Source of the DNA: Pelomyxa schiedti
Taxonomy: Eukaryota; Protista; Evosea
Direction: 5' to 3'
DNA: 64,000 bases
Assembly: GCA_020536535.1 (NCBI GenBank)
Contig: JAHLWZ010000475.1
Location: forward strand, 1-64,000
Shown here: positions 37,668 through 49,927 of the stretch, piece after piece
Numbering within the stretch: the first letter of the stretch is position 1
How the letters are laid out: each line of letters opens with the position of its first letter
The notes under the pieces: model-generated
Told to the model about the DNA's origin: nothing
The model's input: only the letters and a program-made list of their open reading frames with translations
Databases searched by the model: none
Made by a program: the position numbers and the translations under genes

Positions 37668-40600
37668 ATGCAAGCAAACACCGAAGCGCAAGGCAGCCAG
37701 GGACAACTGGCTGAAGATGCACTCTTTGAAGTTCCAGAAAGCAAGCGGTTCCGCCCCACAAACTCCACCAGCTCGGCCGAGCCACGACCTTGCTTGCCAT
37801 TGGTGCCGCAGCCTGAAGTAACTGTGCCAGAGCAATACACACTCCAACCACAGGCCCACACAGAGGCCACATCCACGGCAGAAACCCCACCAGGGACCAA
37901 CAGCGGCCCAACAGCTACAGATAGCCCACTTTCTCGGAAGATCAGATTTAAGTCCTCCAATCTCCCAGTGTAAGTCCCGCCGGTTAAGTTTTTCGTCTTT
38001 TTAAACCTTGTGTTCACACAGGGCACATGACATCTGTCCACCACAATCTTGCACCGAGAGAATCAACCACAGGCGGACTGTTCGGCTAGGCACACAGAGG
38101 TCCTCCGAGGACCAAGTGTTTGAGGCATTCTACCGGTTCTACAAGGTGCTTGGGGATGTTGACCAAGTGTGCGGCCGAAACCTCAAACACAGATTCCTTG
38201 AGTTCATTCTGTGTGGGGAACAGAGTGTCGGCAAGTCCCTCATCGTCGAGCGTCTCGTCGGGGTATTTCTTCTCCCCTCCCCCTCCGCCCCTCCCCTTTA
38301 GTTAACTCGAAGACCAGTTCCCGCTGAACATTGTGGGACACAACCAAGGCACAAGGCTGCCACTTCGAGTCGAACTTCTGCACGACGATAATGTGCCTGA
38401 GTATGCTTGCACTTTGAGTGAGTGATTCAGCATTCCCATTACAAAACTTTTTTTTGTATTTATTTCGGCGTTTTTATATATATTGAATTTAGCTATTTTG
38501 CGATTTTATGCACTAACTGGTATCAAACGAAAAGATTATCACAACATCAAATTCACCGAGATTCAGGCTGCAATCACCAAGCTTAACTTGGAGGCACCAC
38601 AGGTGACTGACAAGCCAATCGTGTTGACTGTGAGATCCAAGAAGGTGAGAAACTTGGCTTTCATTGATCTTCCTGGACTGTTTTCTGTTGGTGTGTTGAC
38701 TCGATCATTGATTGCATCTGAATAAATTCTTTCATCAGGTACAACAGGGCAGGGATCGCGAGACGCAATCAAAGCACTGGTTGCGAATTATGCTAAAAGA
38801 GACAATGTTATCCCAGTGGTTGTCATGGAGCCGAGGGACTATGCCACCCAGGGCGTCATTGCTTTTCTCGATGACAAAGTGCCCACCTGGAAGAAGAAAA
38901 GCATCGTAGTGATGAACAAAATGTACTCTTTATTCACACAATACAGCAATATGAATTTCCAATGCAGGGATAAAGCTGAAACCAGCTACACATCCGCAGC
39001 AATGTTGCAAAGCGACCTTCTCCAACAATACTTTGACTGTGGAGTGCAAGTGTTTTTGCTCGCCTTGAAGAACGCTGAGCGCCGTAACCTGACATTTGAG
39101 GATCTCAACGAGATTTTGGTGGGAGCAAACCAATGCGAAGCAGACTTCTTCCAAGTACAAATGATACTCTTCACATTTTTTGACACTGAAGCAAGAAATA
39201 CTATGACGGACTTGAAGGCAAGCTTGACCGGGATAGACTTGAAAAAATAACTGGACTTGGGAAATTGGAAGTCCACTTGCGTCAGGTCTTGCTCTCCTTT
39301 TAAAGTTCAGTACCTCACACTATCAAGATTATGTGGGACAACGTCATGAATGAACTACCTTTTCTTGAGGATACCATTCGACAGGAAAAGGCTGACATCA
39401 CTGCAGATGTAATTGATCTCCATCTCTCCACCCTTCTCCCTGACCAAAATATTTCTCTTCAGATGCGTTATCTGAGTGCTAAAGACAAGGATCTCACCTG
39501 CAGGCTCATGGAAATGGTGTATAAGATATCTTTGAAAATCATTGAGTTGCACTCCTTTTCTCTTTACTAATATTACTCACTCCTATTGGTTGGCAGTTAC
39601 CTCAATGGGACATGTGCCGTTCAAGAAAGGCGCATTTCTCAGGGTAAAACTCTCGTTGACGAACTAACTGAGTACATTGATCATGGAGAGTTTTCGAAAA
39701 AGTAAAGCCCTTCGAATAATTTCCAACAGTTGACATCATAAACAGATGGTTGAATGAATTCTCTGCCGAGGAGAAGAGCTGGCAAGAATTTCTCATTTCC
39801 AACTTTTTGGGGACTGGGGTTACAGGAGAAGGCACTCCGGTAGCGGCGGGGGACAATTCAGCCCCTCCCCGACAGGTTACTGACTCGGCTCATGGACTAC
39901 AGATTCAGTATGCAGATCTACATCTTGTTGGTGGAAAGCAGTTTCAACGACTCAAAGATTTTCTTGGTGTTGCATTGATCCAGTTCGTAAAGGCACGCAT
40001 TACCCCGAGTTTTTTTTTTATAACCCTGATCGATTTCTAGTCTAGTGTCAACAACGAAGCTCTTGTGAGTTCAATTGGTCACCTGTTGGATACTACCACC
40101 AGTGAAGACTGGGAACACGCAGTCAGCGATATTGTAAAATATTGTGTGGGAGTTTCGCTCCACCCCGCCATGAACTGGTTTTGCCGGGTAAATGGTACCA
40201 ATGAAAAGAGTGTTCTAATGTACCTTCTCAGCATGCAGGAGACATCTTGTACAGTTTGCTAGATATAGCACTGATAGACCTGAGCAATTATGGAGCTGGT
40301 GCTAAATTATTCAAAGACCTCAAGGACGTGTTCAAATCAGGCTTGCGCGTTTACTACAAAGAGTTCATCTCCTCTCTGGTGACCAAGGCCAGCGATTCGT
40401 ATGCGCCTCTCTCCCTAACCTTGAACCATTAATACATTCACTGTTAGCGTTCAAACTGCAACAACACCCATGTATACGTTTGTGCAGCACAACCTGACTC
40501 GTCGCTTGAGTAAAATCATCTTTCCCTCAACCACTGATTCAAGAGAGCTCTTGAGTAAAACAACTACTTCGTCTTCCTCTTTGGAGGAGGAAGGGGAGCC

Positions 40601-41053
40601 GGCACCCACACTGAGTTCCACTAAAACAGACTCTGGAGAGCTGTTCAAGGGTGGATGTTTAGACCTGAGGATGGGGAAGGGAACAGAAATCCCATTCGAC
40701 AGGACTGCCAAAGTCAACACCGAAGCTGTGGAAAGAATATCCAATGCCAGCAGTAAATACATTTTTTCATTGTGTGTGTTCCGGAAAACATTGGCAATTT
40801 CCATCTAACCTCGCTCAGGATAATGCTACTCCTGCCACATGCTGAGGCACATTTCAATGAGTACATGTTTCTGTCCTTCAAAAGAGACCTCCCCCTAAAA
40901 CTCATGCTGTATGCTGTGCAGAGTGATCCCTGGTTGGCTTTGTACAACATGACGAGTAAGGAAGCTAAAGATGAGTATGATGCCCTTGTCGTGCAGGAGA
41001 AGAGTTATGACGAACTTCTGACCCGCATTGATGCCCTCAAGCACGCATTGTAG
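37668..41053 (+). CDS. Dynamin-related GTPase, DRP5/ARC5/Dlp-like
   Basis: G1 GEQSVGKS, G2 GTRLPL, G3 FIDLPG, G4 MNK.D. FPLNIVG and LVGGKQFQRL resemble the DRP5 clade. Confidence 0.83.
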
Positions 41054-41128
41054 CATTTAAAAATACAAGGGTGAATGTAACAAAACAATTTGGGCCTTGT
41101 GTTTCTGTTTATTTTTTTTCTTTTCATT

Positions 41129-44013
41129 TTACATAATGTTACATGGACCTCTGTTGGAGTAACTGTGAATACAGGATAGTGTCAACTCAAACTGTTGGAG
41201 TTGCTTTACAAAACCAGGGTTTGGTTCTACAGTTGGTCTTCGCTTCCGGACAAATTCCAATGCAGGTTGAAACCCCAGGTTGTTTTTATACATGACATAT
41301 GATATTACAATAGTCGCTGACCGCGAAATTCCGGCGGCACTGATGTATTGAATAATGTAAGTTAAAATTCAGTGTTGTATCTGAACGATGTGAATTGGTT
41401 TCTGAGATGTACCAGTGCACGAGGGCGCCGTTCCCGGAATCCCTGGCTTCATCAATGAATTTGTGGCAAGTTTGAAAGTGTTCCAGCAAATCTGTGCTTG
41501 TTTGGTCTTCGACCGGTAGAATCAAGTAGTTGAAGAGCTGGGCAGCCCCGTCAGAAAATGGGATCATGTACGGAATGGATTATACCTTGGGGTAAGGACC
41601 TTTGGATAGAGGTACAACTGATAACACATGAGTGATGTGCTTGGACTGGCTGAAGTTACAAAAAAAGGAAGGGAGGCTAGAAAACGCACGAGGAGAAAGT
41701 GTTTATTATCTGCAGCACGAAGAGACCCAAGCCATAGATTGGGCATAATCTCATCCGCGGGAGGCTCTTCTACCACTGGAAGACAAGTAGGGGGTAGGGC
41801 AATAGGGGCAGAAATCTGTTTTTGTGAAAGAGTTGACCTCTAGTTTGGTCTTGTCTCACAAACTTTATTTCCAGTAAAAAGGAATTGTTTCAAACGGAGC
41901 GCAGTGATTTCCTCAGGCAGGGTTTCGAGATCATTAAAACTGAATAGATGTGAATGAGGAGATATTTACTTAGAAACAAACCTGATATCGAAAAACGATA
42001 AGTTTACAAGTGTGGAGATTGTTGATGGGATGGCGGGAATACTATTCCTATTGAGTGCTACTGATACAAGACCAGTCAAACTAGTGATACAAGGAAATTC
42101 GCATATGTTGTTTTCACTAGTTTACTACATGAGTATCCGGTTTTTCCAAAAAAAAAACATAAATACCTTGCCTGAAAAGTAGAAAGGCGAGTTAAAAACG
42201 AAATCTCAGATGGGATCGATGCCAGTTCATTGTTGCTTAGGTTGAGTCTGGAGCAAGTGAAAAAAAGTAGGCTGTAGTGTGTAAATTTACGTTTGCAGAG
42301 ATACAAGGTTTGACAGCATGTCCGGTGTTTCGAAGTGTGTAATTTTGTTCCCGTTGAGCCGTAATATCCCCAGAGCAGGAAGGGTGCACAAACACAATGG
42401 AAAAGTTGTTAGGAGATTGTTTGATAAGTCTATCTCAGTGAGTCTCATCAGCCTTCCTAATAGAAAGTTAATAGTACACCATGAATGGTAAGACCCACCA
42501 AAAGAGTCTGGAAGTACGGACAGTTGATTTTTGCAACAGTTGAAATTTGTGAGCGCCACCAGTTCACCTATACGGAGTGATAAGCCTCAAATGATTTCTG
42601 GGGAAAGTACCAATGTTAGGCGGAATATGGGTGATAGAATTGCAAGAAATGACAAGTTCCCTTAATGAGACAAGATTGCCTGACTGAGTTGAGTGCATTT
42701 TTTTCGTGTACGAGCATACCGATAAAATCCGGAAGAGTCTGTAACTTATTATTGCCCAATGCCAAGAAATTGAGATTTTTCATGTTCGATATTGGTTTGG
42801 GAACTTCATAGAGCCCATTTGATGCCAGCCGCAATACCGTGAGGTTCACTAGGTTCTTGGGATGAGTTAGACTGCAATTTCAATAACAGAGAAAACTGAC
42901 TGTAAAACCATCTGGTAAGAATGTAAGAACATTATTTGACAAATCCATCAACGTAAGTGACGTAAGCCTTGATATTTCAGGTGGCATTCCAGTGATTCCA
43001 TTGCTTGGAAGAAGCAGAGATTGAAGCCAGGTTGCCTCAAAGATATGTGGAGGGAACTTTGAAGGGTGAGATAAGTCCCTAAGGTATAACAAGTTAGCCA
43101 GTGTCTACTTGCCATCCCACAAAGAAAAAAAGGAAAAAAACGAAAAAAAATACTCTCAAAACAAAAGAACTTGCCTGAACGCAAGCGAGAGTTCCAGAGA
43201 AGTGTTAGACTTTGACAGAGCCTCACGCACTTGTTCCTGCAATTTTCCCTCATCCGCCACAACCAGCTGAGAAAACCACGAGGAGCCCTTCATCACATCA
43301 GGGCCCTCGTCGCAAGTGGAGAAAATCGACGGGTGCAGCCTCAGCACCACCGTCCTGGGTGCCGCCGGCGCCGGCGCCGCCGCCCCCCCCTCGCCGCCCC
43401 CCTCCTGCTGCAGAGCCGACGGCGGCCGCGGCGCCACGCCCACCGGCGGCGAGCGGTACTTGCTCAGGCGGCCCGCGGGCGCGGACGCCGAGGTCTGCGT
43501 GGTGGTGGTGCTGCTGGTGCTGCTTGTCGACGTCGAGGTCGATGTGGTTGTGGTCGTGGTCGATGGGAGCGGAGTGGTGTTGGCCCTTGGGATTGGCGCC
43601 GGGGAGTAAGACTGGGTGGGCGACGGGGGCGGCTGTGGCGTAGCACCTTGGTTGGTGCCGTTGCTGTTGCTGCTGCTGCTGCTGTTGGCGAGGGGACTGC
43701 TCGGGATGCTGCTGCTGCCGGTGTCGTCGCTGCCGCTGGGGTTGGTGGCTCGCGTGACGGAGGGGGAGAGCGGGGGGGAGAGGGAGGGCGAGGGGGCGGG
43801 GGACGCGGGGGGCTGGGAGAGGCCCAGGGAGGAGGAGGAGGAGGAGGGCGGCGGGTGGCCCGTGGACGTGAACAGGGTCTTGCGCGCTTGGGTGGGGCTC
43901 GGGCTCGTGCTCGGGGACCTGTCAGAGCCCCAGAAGCCGCCAAAGCCCCCGCCCACGCGGCTGCCCTCCCCGTTGCCTACGGTTCCACTACTGCTTGCAC
44001 GGTGGCTGTGCAT
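41129..44013 (-). CDS. LRR plus dual-specificity phosphatase (MPL-like) with C-terminal CaaX
   Basis: Ser/Pro-rich N-terminus, SHOC2-type LRRs (LxxLxLxxNxLxxLP), EIMPNLWLGS, VED, VHCAAGISRSAT, PNPGFVKQL and terminal CNIM*. Confidence 0.9.
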
Positions 44014-44428
44014 TCCCGTGTCTTAGGAGACGGTTGGCAACACCGCCGCAAAACGATCAGGCTGGGGGTTCAACTTTTATCAAACTTGTTACCAGAAACC
44101 CCGTTTCAGGCAGGAGCGTAGATCTGGGTGAGAGAAGTTGGCAGAGAGTCAACAATCCCAAGGGGACTCCCACTGTGAATATTACTGGACACTTAAGGGA
44201 GGAGGCAATAATCTGTCTTGCCTTCAGTCAACTCCTTATCAAGGCCCACAGTAGACAATTCGAAGACTCTGCTACGGAGACTCTCTGTGCACACTACACC
44301 AATCCCACCAACACTATGTTGATGTTCGCCAACACATGAGAGGTTCGAGTGAGTGATTTCTGTGTGACAGCCGGGTGTTGGTGATGCGTTTCAAAGAAAC
44401 GACCAACTTGCGTTTCACTCAACAAAAG

Positions 44429-45643
44429 ATGGCCTTGAACAACCGGGTAGCGATAGAGGGTCACATTTCAGCACGGGACCAATTCATTGCCTTTGCAACT
44501 GGAGCGCTCGTCGAAAGGTGCGGAATCAAAAGCCCCGTCAGGAACGCGTGGTCTCAGTCTGTGTTGTGTGAGTTTGGCCGATCTTGGGTCGTGTGCCCCG
44601 CGAGGCAAATCGGTGTTGTTCTGGACCTGGAAGCGAGCTCTCTAAAAAACCTTATAAGGAGGCTCAACGTGTGGATGGAAGTGTCGCCAACCGGCGGGAT
44701 TGTGGGATGCGGGTGCCACGACTACTTGCGGGAGTTCCCGTACAAAGGGTATGCCAGAGGCAATGACGGAGACATTCAAGGAAGCATAGGCGGCGGAATG
44801 CTTGCCACGGTGTGGTCCAAGCGCTCCCTACGAATCTGCGAAGGCGACGGCCCACCTGCCAAAGCTTTTTCATGGCGCAGGAGGAGGCTTTCAAACCTGG
44901 CAGGTTGCAGCAGCCGCTGGATCGTCGTCGTCGTCGTGGAGAGATACTGCAGTCAGGTGATGGAAGTGTGGAGGGTGGGAAGGAACGGCACACTTTTGAG
45001 TGATTCGCATAAGATTGCGATCGAGCCGCTACTGAACTGGAGTTTCCTGTTGAGAGGCAAATACTGCTTGCAGGGTGACACTTTGGTGATCTCGGCACAC
45101 CTCACGAATGAGGTCACCGACGTATGGTTCATTGACTTGGTGAAGTCAATCGACGAAAACGCACTGGTGATTTCGAAGAAACTGCAGTTTCCTGGCCCTT
45201 CCCCCACCCACGATGTCCTCCTCAGCAATCCTATAACCACTGAACACATTGAAAACCTCTATGTTTCTGATGGCCACAGGACTACCCCTGGCAGAACGAA
45301 CCGCGTGTTATCTTCTGGAAGCATTACCCGGGAGTTCCAAGATTGCTGCTCTGCAATGTGCGTTGCCGATGACCTAATATGCACCCAGATAGTGCATCCC
45401 TTCAGGGTGCACAACTACTACCGGCTTCCAAACCTTTCCACTCCAGTTCTGTCAGTCCCCTCCAATCAGGTTATCGAAACCGTACCAATTGAAACAAGGG
45501 AAGGAGTCGTGGCAGTTCGATCCACGCCCTCTAGAATCTCAATCTTGGACGTTGCCTCTGCCACTGTCCTCGCCACAATCTCATTCCAAAGCTATTGGCC
45601 TGCACCAGTCTGCAAGTCAAATGAGAAAAACAGAATTTTTTAG
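44429..45643 (+). CDS. Intronless hypothetical protein, lineage-specific family, paralog 1
   Basis: Uninterrupted ORF of about 404 aa; strong similarity to 45681-46931. Confidence 0.8.
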   Translation: MALNNRVAIEGHISARDQFIAFATGALVERCGIKSPVRNAWSQSVLCEFGRSWVVCPARQIGVVLDLEASSLKNLIRRLNVWMEVSPTGGIVGCGCHDYLREFPYKGYARGNDGDIQGSIGGGMLATVWSKRSLRICEGDGPPAKAFSWRRRRLSNLAGCSSRWIVVVVVERYCSQVMEVWRVGRNGTLLSDSHKIAIEPLLNWSFLLRGKYCLQGDTLVISAHLTNEVTDVWFIDLVKSIDENALVISKKLQFPGPSPTHDVLLSNPITTEHIENLYVSDGHRTTPGRTNRVLSSGSITREFQDCCSAMCVADDLICTQIVHPFRVHNYYRLPNLSTPVLSVPSNQVIETVPIETREGVVAVRSTPSRISILDVASATVLATISFQSYWPAPVCKSNEKNRIF

Positions 45644-45680
45644 TTTGCGAGGCGAGAGTGGGATTTTCATTCAAAATTGA

Positions 45681-46931
45681 ATGAAGGACGAAGGAGCAAC
45701 AACTGCCACGAAAAAAAAAGAGAACCTACCAGGGACTCCCACAATTCTCAACACTCTGCAAGTTCAAGAAAACACCAGCCGGGCAACAATCGAGGGTCGC
45801 ATTTCGGCACGGAATCAGTTCGTCGCGCTGGCGGCGGGAGCACTCGTCGAAAGGTGCGGCCGAAACAGCCCCGTAAGGAGCGTGTGGTCTCAGTCTTTGT
45901 TGTGTGAGTTTGGCCGATCTTGGGTCGTGTGCGCCGTGAGGCAAATCGGTGTGATCCTGACCCTGGACCCGCATTGCACAAAAGCTCGAGAAAGGAGACT
46001 GAACGTGTGGATGGGCGTGTCGCCAACCGGTGGAATTGTGGGATGCGGGTGCCACCACTACGTGAGGGAATTCCCATCCAGATGTTCCACCACACTCCTG
46101 GGAAGCGATGGCGACATGGTGGGATGCATCGGCGGCGGAATTCATGCACGGTGGGACGCATGCACCATTCGAATCAATGACGGTGAGGGAATCCCCGTGA
46201 GGGTCTTTTCGTGGCCTGGAAAGCTTGTTACAACTCTGAGCACTTGCAGCAGCCGTTGGGTTGTGGTTGTGGCGGCTGATTTGGGTGATGCCAATCAATT
46301 CATGACAGTGTGGAGGGTGGGGATGAATGGCGCTCTGTTGCGTGATTCACATTCCATCAGGATAAAACCGAGCCTGGATAGTAGCTTCCTGTGGGGAAGC
46401 TGCTCTTGTTTGCAGGGTGACACTTTGGTGGTCTCTGGTCGGCCAAGCTCTTGTGACAGTTCTGAAGTCGTGTTTATCGACTTGGTGAAGACAATTGACG
46501 AGAACACCTTGGTTGTTTCCAAGACACAGTCGTTTCCTGGTTTCTCCTGCCATAACCTCGTTCTTTGCAATCCAATCGCAACTGAAAAAATCCAACAAGT
46601 GCAAAGTGGTGCCTCTAAGGGGACAGGGTTCAAAATCCGCCGCACATTGACCTGCGGTAGGAGTTCCCGCGTTATCAACGATTGTGCGGATACCTTTTGC
46701 ATTTCTGATGATATTGTATGCACCGAGGTAGTGTTCCCCGTCAGAGTGCATAACTATTTCCAGCTTCCCAATCTGTCCACTCCAGTTCTGTCAGTCCCCT
46801 CTGATCAAGTGATCAGAACAGTGCCACTTGAACCAAGGCAAGGAGTCGTGGCAGTTCAATCAACACCCTCTAGTATCTCAATCTTTGATGTGGTGTCTGC
46901 TTCTGTCCTTGCTGTTGTCTCCCTCACTTGA
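45681..46931 (+). CDS. Intronless hypothetical protein, lineage-specific family, paralog 2
   Basis: 416-aa ORF sharing ISARxQF..GALVERCG..SPVR..CEFGRSWVVC, RLNVWMxVSPTGGIVGCGCH, LQGDTLV and LPNLSTPVLSVPS with paralog 1. Confidence 0.8.
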   Translation: MKDEGATTATKKKENLPGTPTILNTLQVQENTSRATIEGRISARNQFVALAAGALVERCGRNSPVRSVWSQSLLCEFGRSWVVCAVRQIGVILTLDPHCTKARERRLNVWMGVSPTGGIVGCGCHHYVREFPSRCSTTLLGSDGDMVGCIGGGIHARWDACTIRINDGEGIPVRVFSWPGKLVTTLSTCSSRWVVVVAADLGDANQFMTVWRVGMNGALLRDSHSIRIKPSLDSSFLWGSCSCLQGDTLVVSGRPSSCDSSEVVFIDLVKTIDENTLVVSKTQSFPGFSCHNLVLCNPIATEKIQQVQSGASKGTGFKIRRTLTCGRSSRVINDCADTFCISDDIVCTEVVFPVRVHNYFQLPNLSTPVLSVPSDQVIRTVPLEPRQGVVAVQSTPSSISIFDVVSASVLAVVSLT

Positions 46932-47044
46932 GGAGAAATCCGACCCATAAAAAGCCTGAGTACAACGAGGCATGCATTCCTTTTGAAAAGAAACCAATTT
47001 TTACTTGTTCTCCGACGAATCAATTGTTTTAACTGCTTGATAAC

Positions 47045-47197
47045 AAAAAAGTATAGCGCACCACTTCCTCCAGTGATCCCACACAGAGGGAACCTCTCCC
47101 GGTTCCTCCAGTCCGTACCTGACAGGATAGCCCGGTCTGTGTCCTCTAAAGGAGCCACCATACAAGTGGTGTAACCTTCAGGAAGTCGCTCCTTTTT
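47045..47197. ncRNA. Candidate structured small ncRNA (unclassified)
   Basis: Nested stems AGCG+ACTTCCT/AGGAAGT+CGCT, ACACAGA/TCTGTGT, GGAACC/GGTTCC and CACCAT/GTGGTG, with T-runs at both ends. A minus-strand ACCCATCA..CCGGCCGGGAAT lies upstream and resembles the U12 promoter. Confidence 0.5.
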
Positions 47198-47757
47198 CTT
47201 CTTCCTTTTCGCCAGGAATTCCCGGCCGGCACTTAGTGATGGGTGGTATTCAGTGTCACTAGAAAAAAGGCAGTTGCGTAGTCCCACCAGTTAAAAGGTT
47301 TTTTCATAACAGTGCCATGGGAAGCAAGGAAAGGAGTCGTGGACCCTGGCGAGGCAGGTAGACAGACTTTCAGGAATGCACGGGAAGAAAGGGAAGAAAA
47401 ATACGTTGGTATCACGTGTTGTTCAGCCGAACACTGTAAAAGGGATTAAGCAGGGCAGTTCTCGAAGTACCTCATCGCCCGTTGATTGTGATGACTGCCT
47501 TTCCGCAAATAGGAAGAATGTCAGCGAACTTTCACAACGTTCACTGTACCTCAATCACATCTGGTGATTAACAAACGTAAACGGGCGTGTTTTTTCTGTG
47601 GCGAAGTCTGTAGTGCTGCGTCCATTGATTCATCGTTTCCTGTAACGAGAATGCCTTGTCTCTTTATAAGCCAGCCTCTAACAACCAAAGTAAACAAATT
47701 TACAAACAAACAAGCAAAAGCAAACAAACATAACAAACAAACAGTTTGACAACAACA

Positions 47758-49927
47758 ATGAGTGGCTCGACAACATCATCTGACGCAGAGGTGCAGGCAA
47801 CCCCTATAGTAATCGTAGCTGGGCCAGACCTTGACACTGGTACAATTAAAATATGTGAATAATGGTGGCTGGGCTCTAACTCAAATACCTCAGATTTCAC
47901 TTCAAAGTCTCATTTACTTGTCGATGGGAAGGAAGCCAGCATAGCCTTTCTGAGAGAATACTTCAGGAATGGAAAGGTTACCACTCGAGTGTCTCGTTTC
48001 TGGTTTTCTTAAACACTCTAGGATGCTGTGAGGGCTGATAAAACTGTCAGAAATAAGCAAGGCTACCTGTCACTCTCTGGAGTATACTTGAAACAGTTCC
48101 TCCATAAGAACAGGGGAGATGCCGGAGCTGCAACTGTAATACACTATTTCAATGACGCTACAGCCGCGGTATATGACCGGGCAGTTGCAAGTGCTTCTGT
48201 GCTGCTAATTAGCACCACTCTGATGCCCACTTGGAGCTTTGTTGAATCGCTGGCTGAGAGGGCCAAGAGAATCAATCCAACTATCACGGTTATCGCTGGT
48301 GGCGTAAGTGTATACAAGTAAGTAACTGCATCCGATTTCTTTATTGGTATTAAGTATGCCTCAGAATAGCCAAAGCGAGGAAAATGCTAGACGCCGGTCT
48401 TTTTGAGGCAACTCCCAAGCTGAGGGAGTTCTGGAAGTTTCTTATGAAACCGTACCAATCCAAAATTGACTTCGCAATTGCAAGTGTAGCCGGGGAACAG
48501 ATTTTGTTGACTCTCCTGGACTGTTTGGAACAGGTATGGATCTTTGTACTGGAAGAGAGTAGTCTAACTTCTTTGTTAAGGGATCTGATGCCTGGAAAAC
48601 CATGCCAAATGTGATATGGTACGATCCCTCGGTTGGGGATTTTCATATGAATGAGCGTGAGTCTTTACACCTTAACCTAACTTTGTAATAATTCAATTCC
48701 GTTAGTTGTGGAAGAAAAGTCTTCAGACTGTGAGGTTGATTGGTCACAAGAAAAGTGCCCTGAAGGGAGTATTTACCCAGTGCAGGCTGGGCAAGGATGC
48801 CCATACAAGTAAACTTTTCTGAAGTGACGCTGGGTCTAAATAAAGTTTGAAGGTGTGGTTTTTGCGATTTTGTTGCTCTAGAACCTGTTGTGTATCGATG
48901 CAACACCACTGCTGTCATGAATACTGTGAGGAGCATCCCCTTATACAAAGGACATAGACGAGTAAGTTTGTCTGTTTCTTTCCAAATCTAAATCATTTAA
49001 GGTATGGTTTACAAATGATAACTTGTTGGTCACACGCTCCGTGGCAGTGAATTTCCTGACAGAACTCATTCGACAGGATTTGCACTGTCGGTGGTACTCC
49101 TTTTTGAGGTTAACTAGACAAGAAGCGATTATCAATGCCAACATAACAATTTCAGACTTGACGCTGTTGCTGATGCAGAACTGGCCGATTTAATTGCCCA
49201 GTCAGGGTGTGAAAGAGCCAATTTTGGATTGGAGAGTGGAGATCAAACGATTCTCGATAATATGGAAAAGCATTGCCGTGTTCAGGTTACTTTTCCGTGC
49301 CAGTATGTTGTGACTTATTCCCAGCAGGATATTCCACGTGGCATCAATTTCCTCTTGGAACGGAACATAATTGTGCGTGTCTCTGTCATTGTGGGATACC
49401 CAGGAGAGACAAAGGAAACGATCATGAAGACAGTCAAACTTGTCAATAGCATCCAGGATACTGGAGTGTTTGAGGTGAAGGTATGAGTTTAGAAGGAAAA
49501 AGTAGTTTCCGCTCACTCATAATTTCCAAAGGTGTTCCCGCTTGGTATTTTCCCAATGGCGCCCATTTCTACTCGCCAACAGAGGCAAAGATGGGGCTTG
49601 CAAGGAATAGGACTTGTGTGGAAACATGACACAATGACATCAACGGAGGCGGCCTTCTATGCTGACAAGTTCGATGATTGGATCAGGCCCACAATTGGCT
49701 CTGTCTACTGCGCCGAGAACTGCTTCTTCTTTGACGTTGAGGATCCCGCAGCCAGAAGGACAGTGATCATACTCAGAAACATGGTACCACTATCATTTCC
49801 CCGAGATTGGTTGTCGCTAACCAAAATATAGCTCAGGAGGCGTTCAAGGGGTAACAGAGAAGATGGGGATCCAAGGACTGACGAGCAACTTTGGGAAGCC
49901 CTCGAGGCAGTTTTGACTTCGAACTGA
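47758..49927 (+). CDS. Cobalamin-binding radical SAM enzyme (class B, PhpK-like), intron-containing
   Basis: B12-domain LLISTT..ITVIAGG; CxxxCxxC GCPYKCGFC assembled across an intron (about 48799-48865); FTNDN, FGLESGDQTILDNMEK, IVGYPGET and WGLQG..WKHDTM. Confidence 0.88.

Noticed and set aside
43212-44121. Long plus-strand GC-rich ORFs (also 16-642, 4649-5614, 36991-37559, 60073-60648)
   Set aside because: These are antisense or alternate frames of GC-rich low-complexity exons, which lack stops by composition.
47110-47145. TPP riboswitch or U6atac similarity
   Set aside because: It lacks the CUGAGA motif of TPP riboswitches and the AGC triad context of U6atac.
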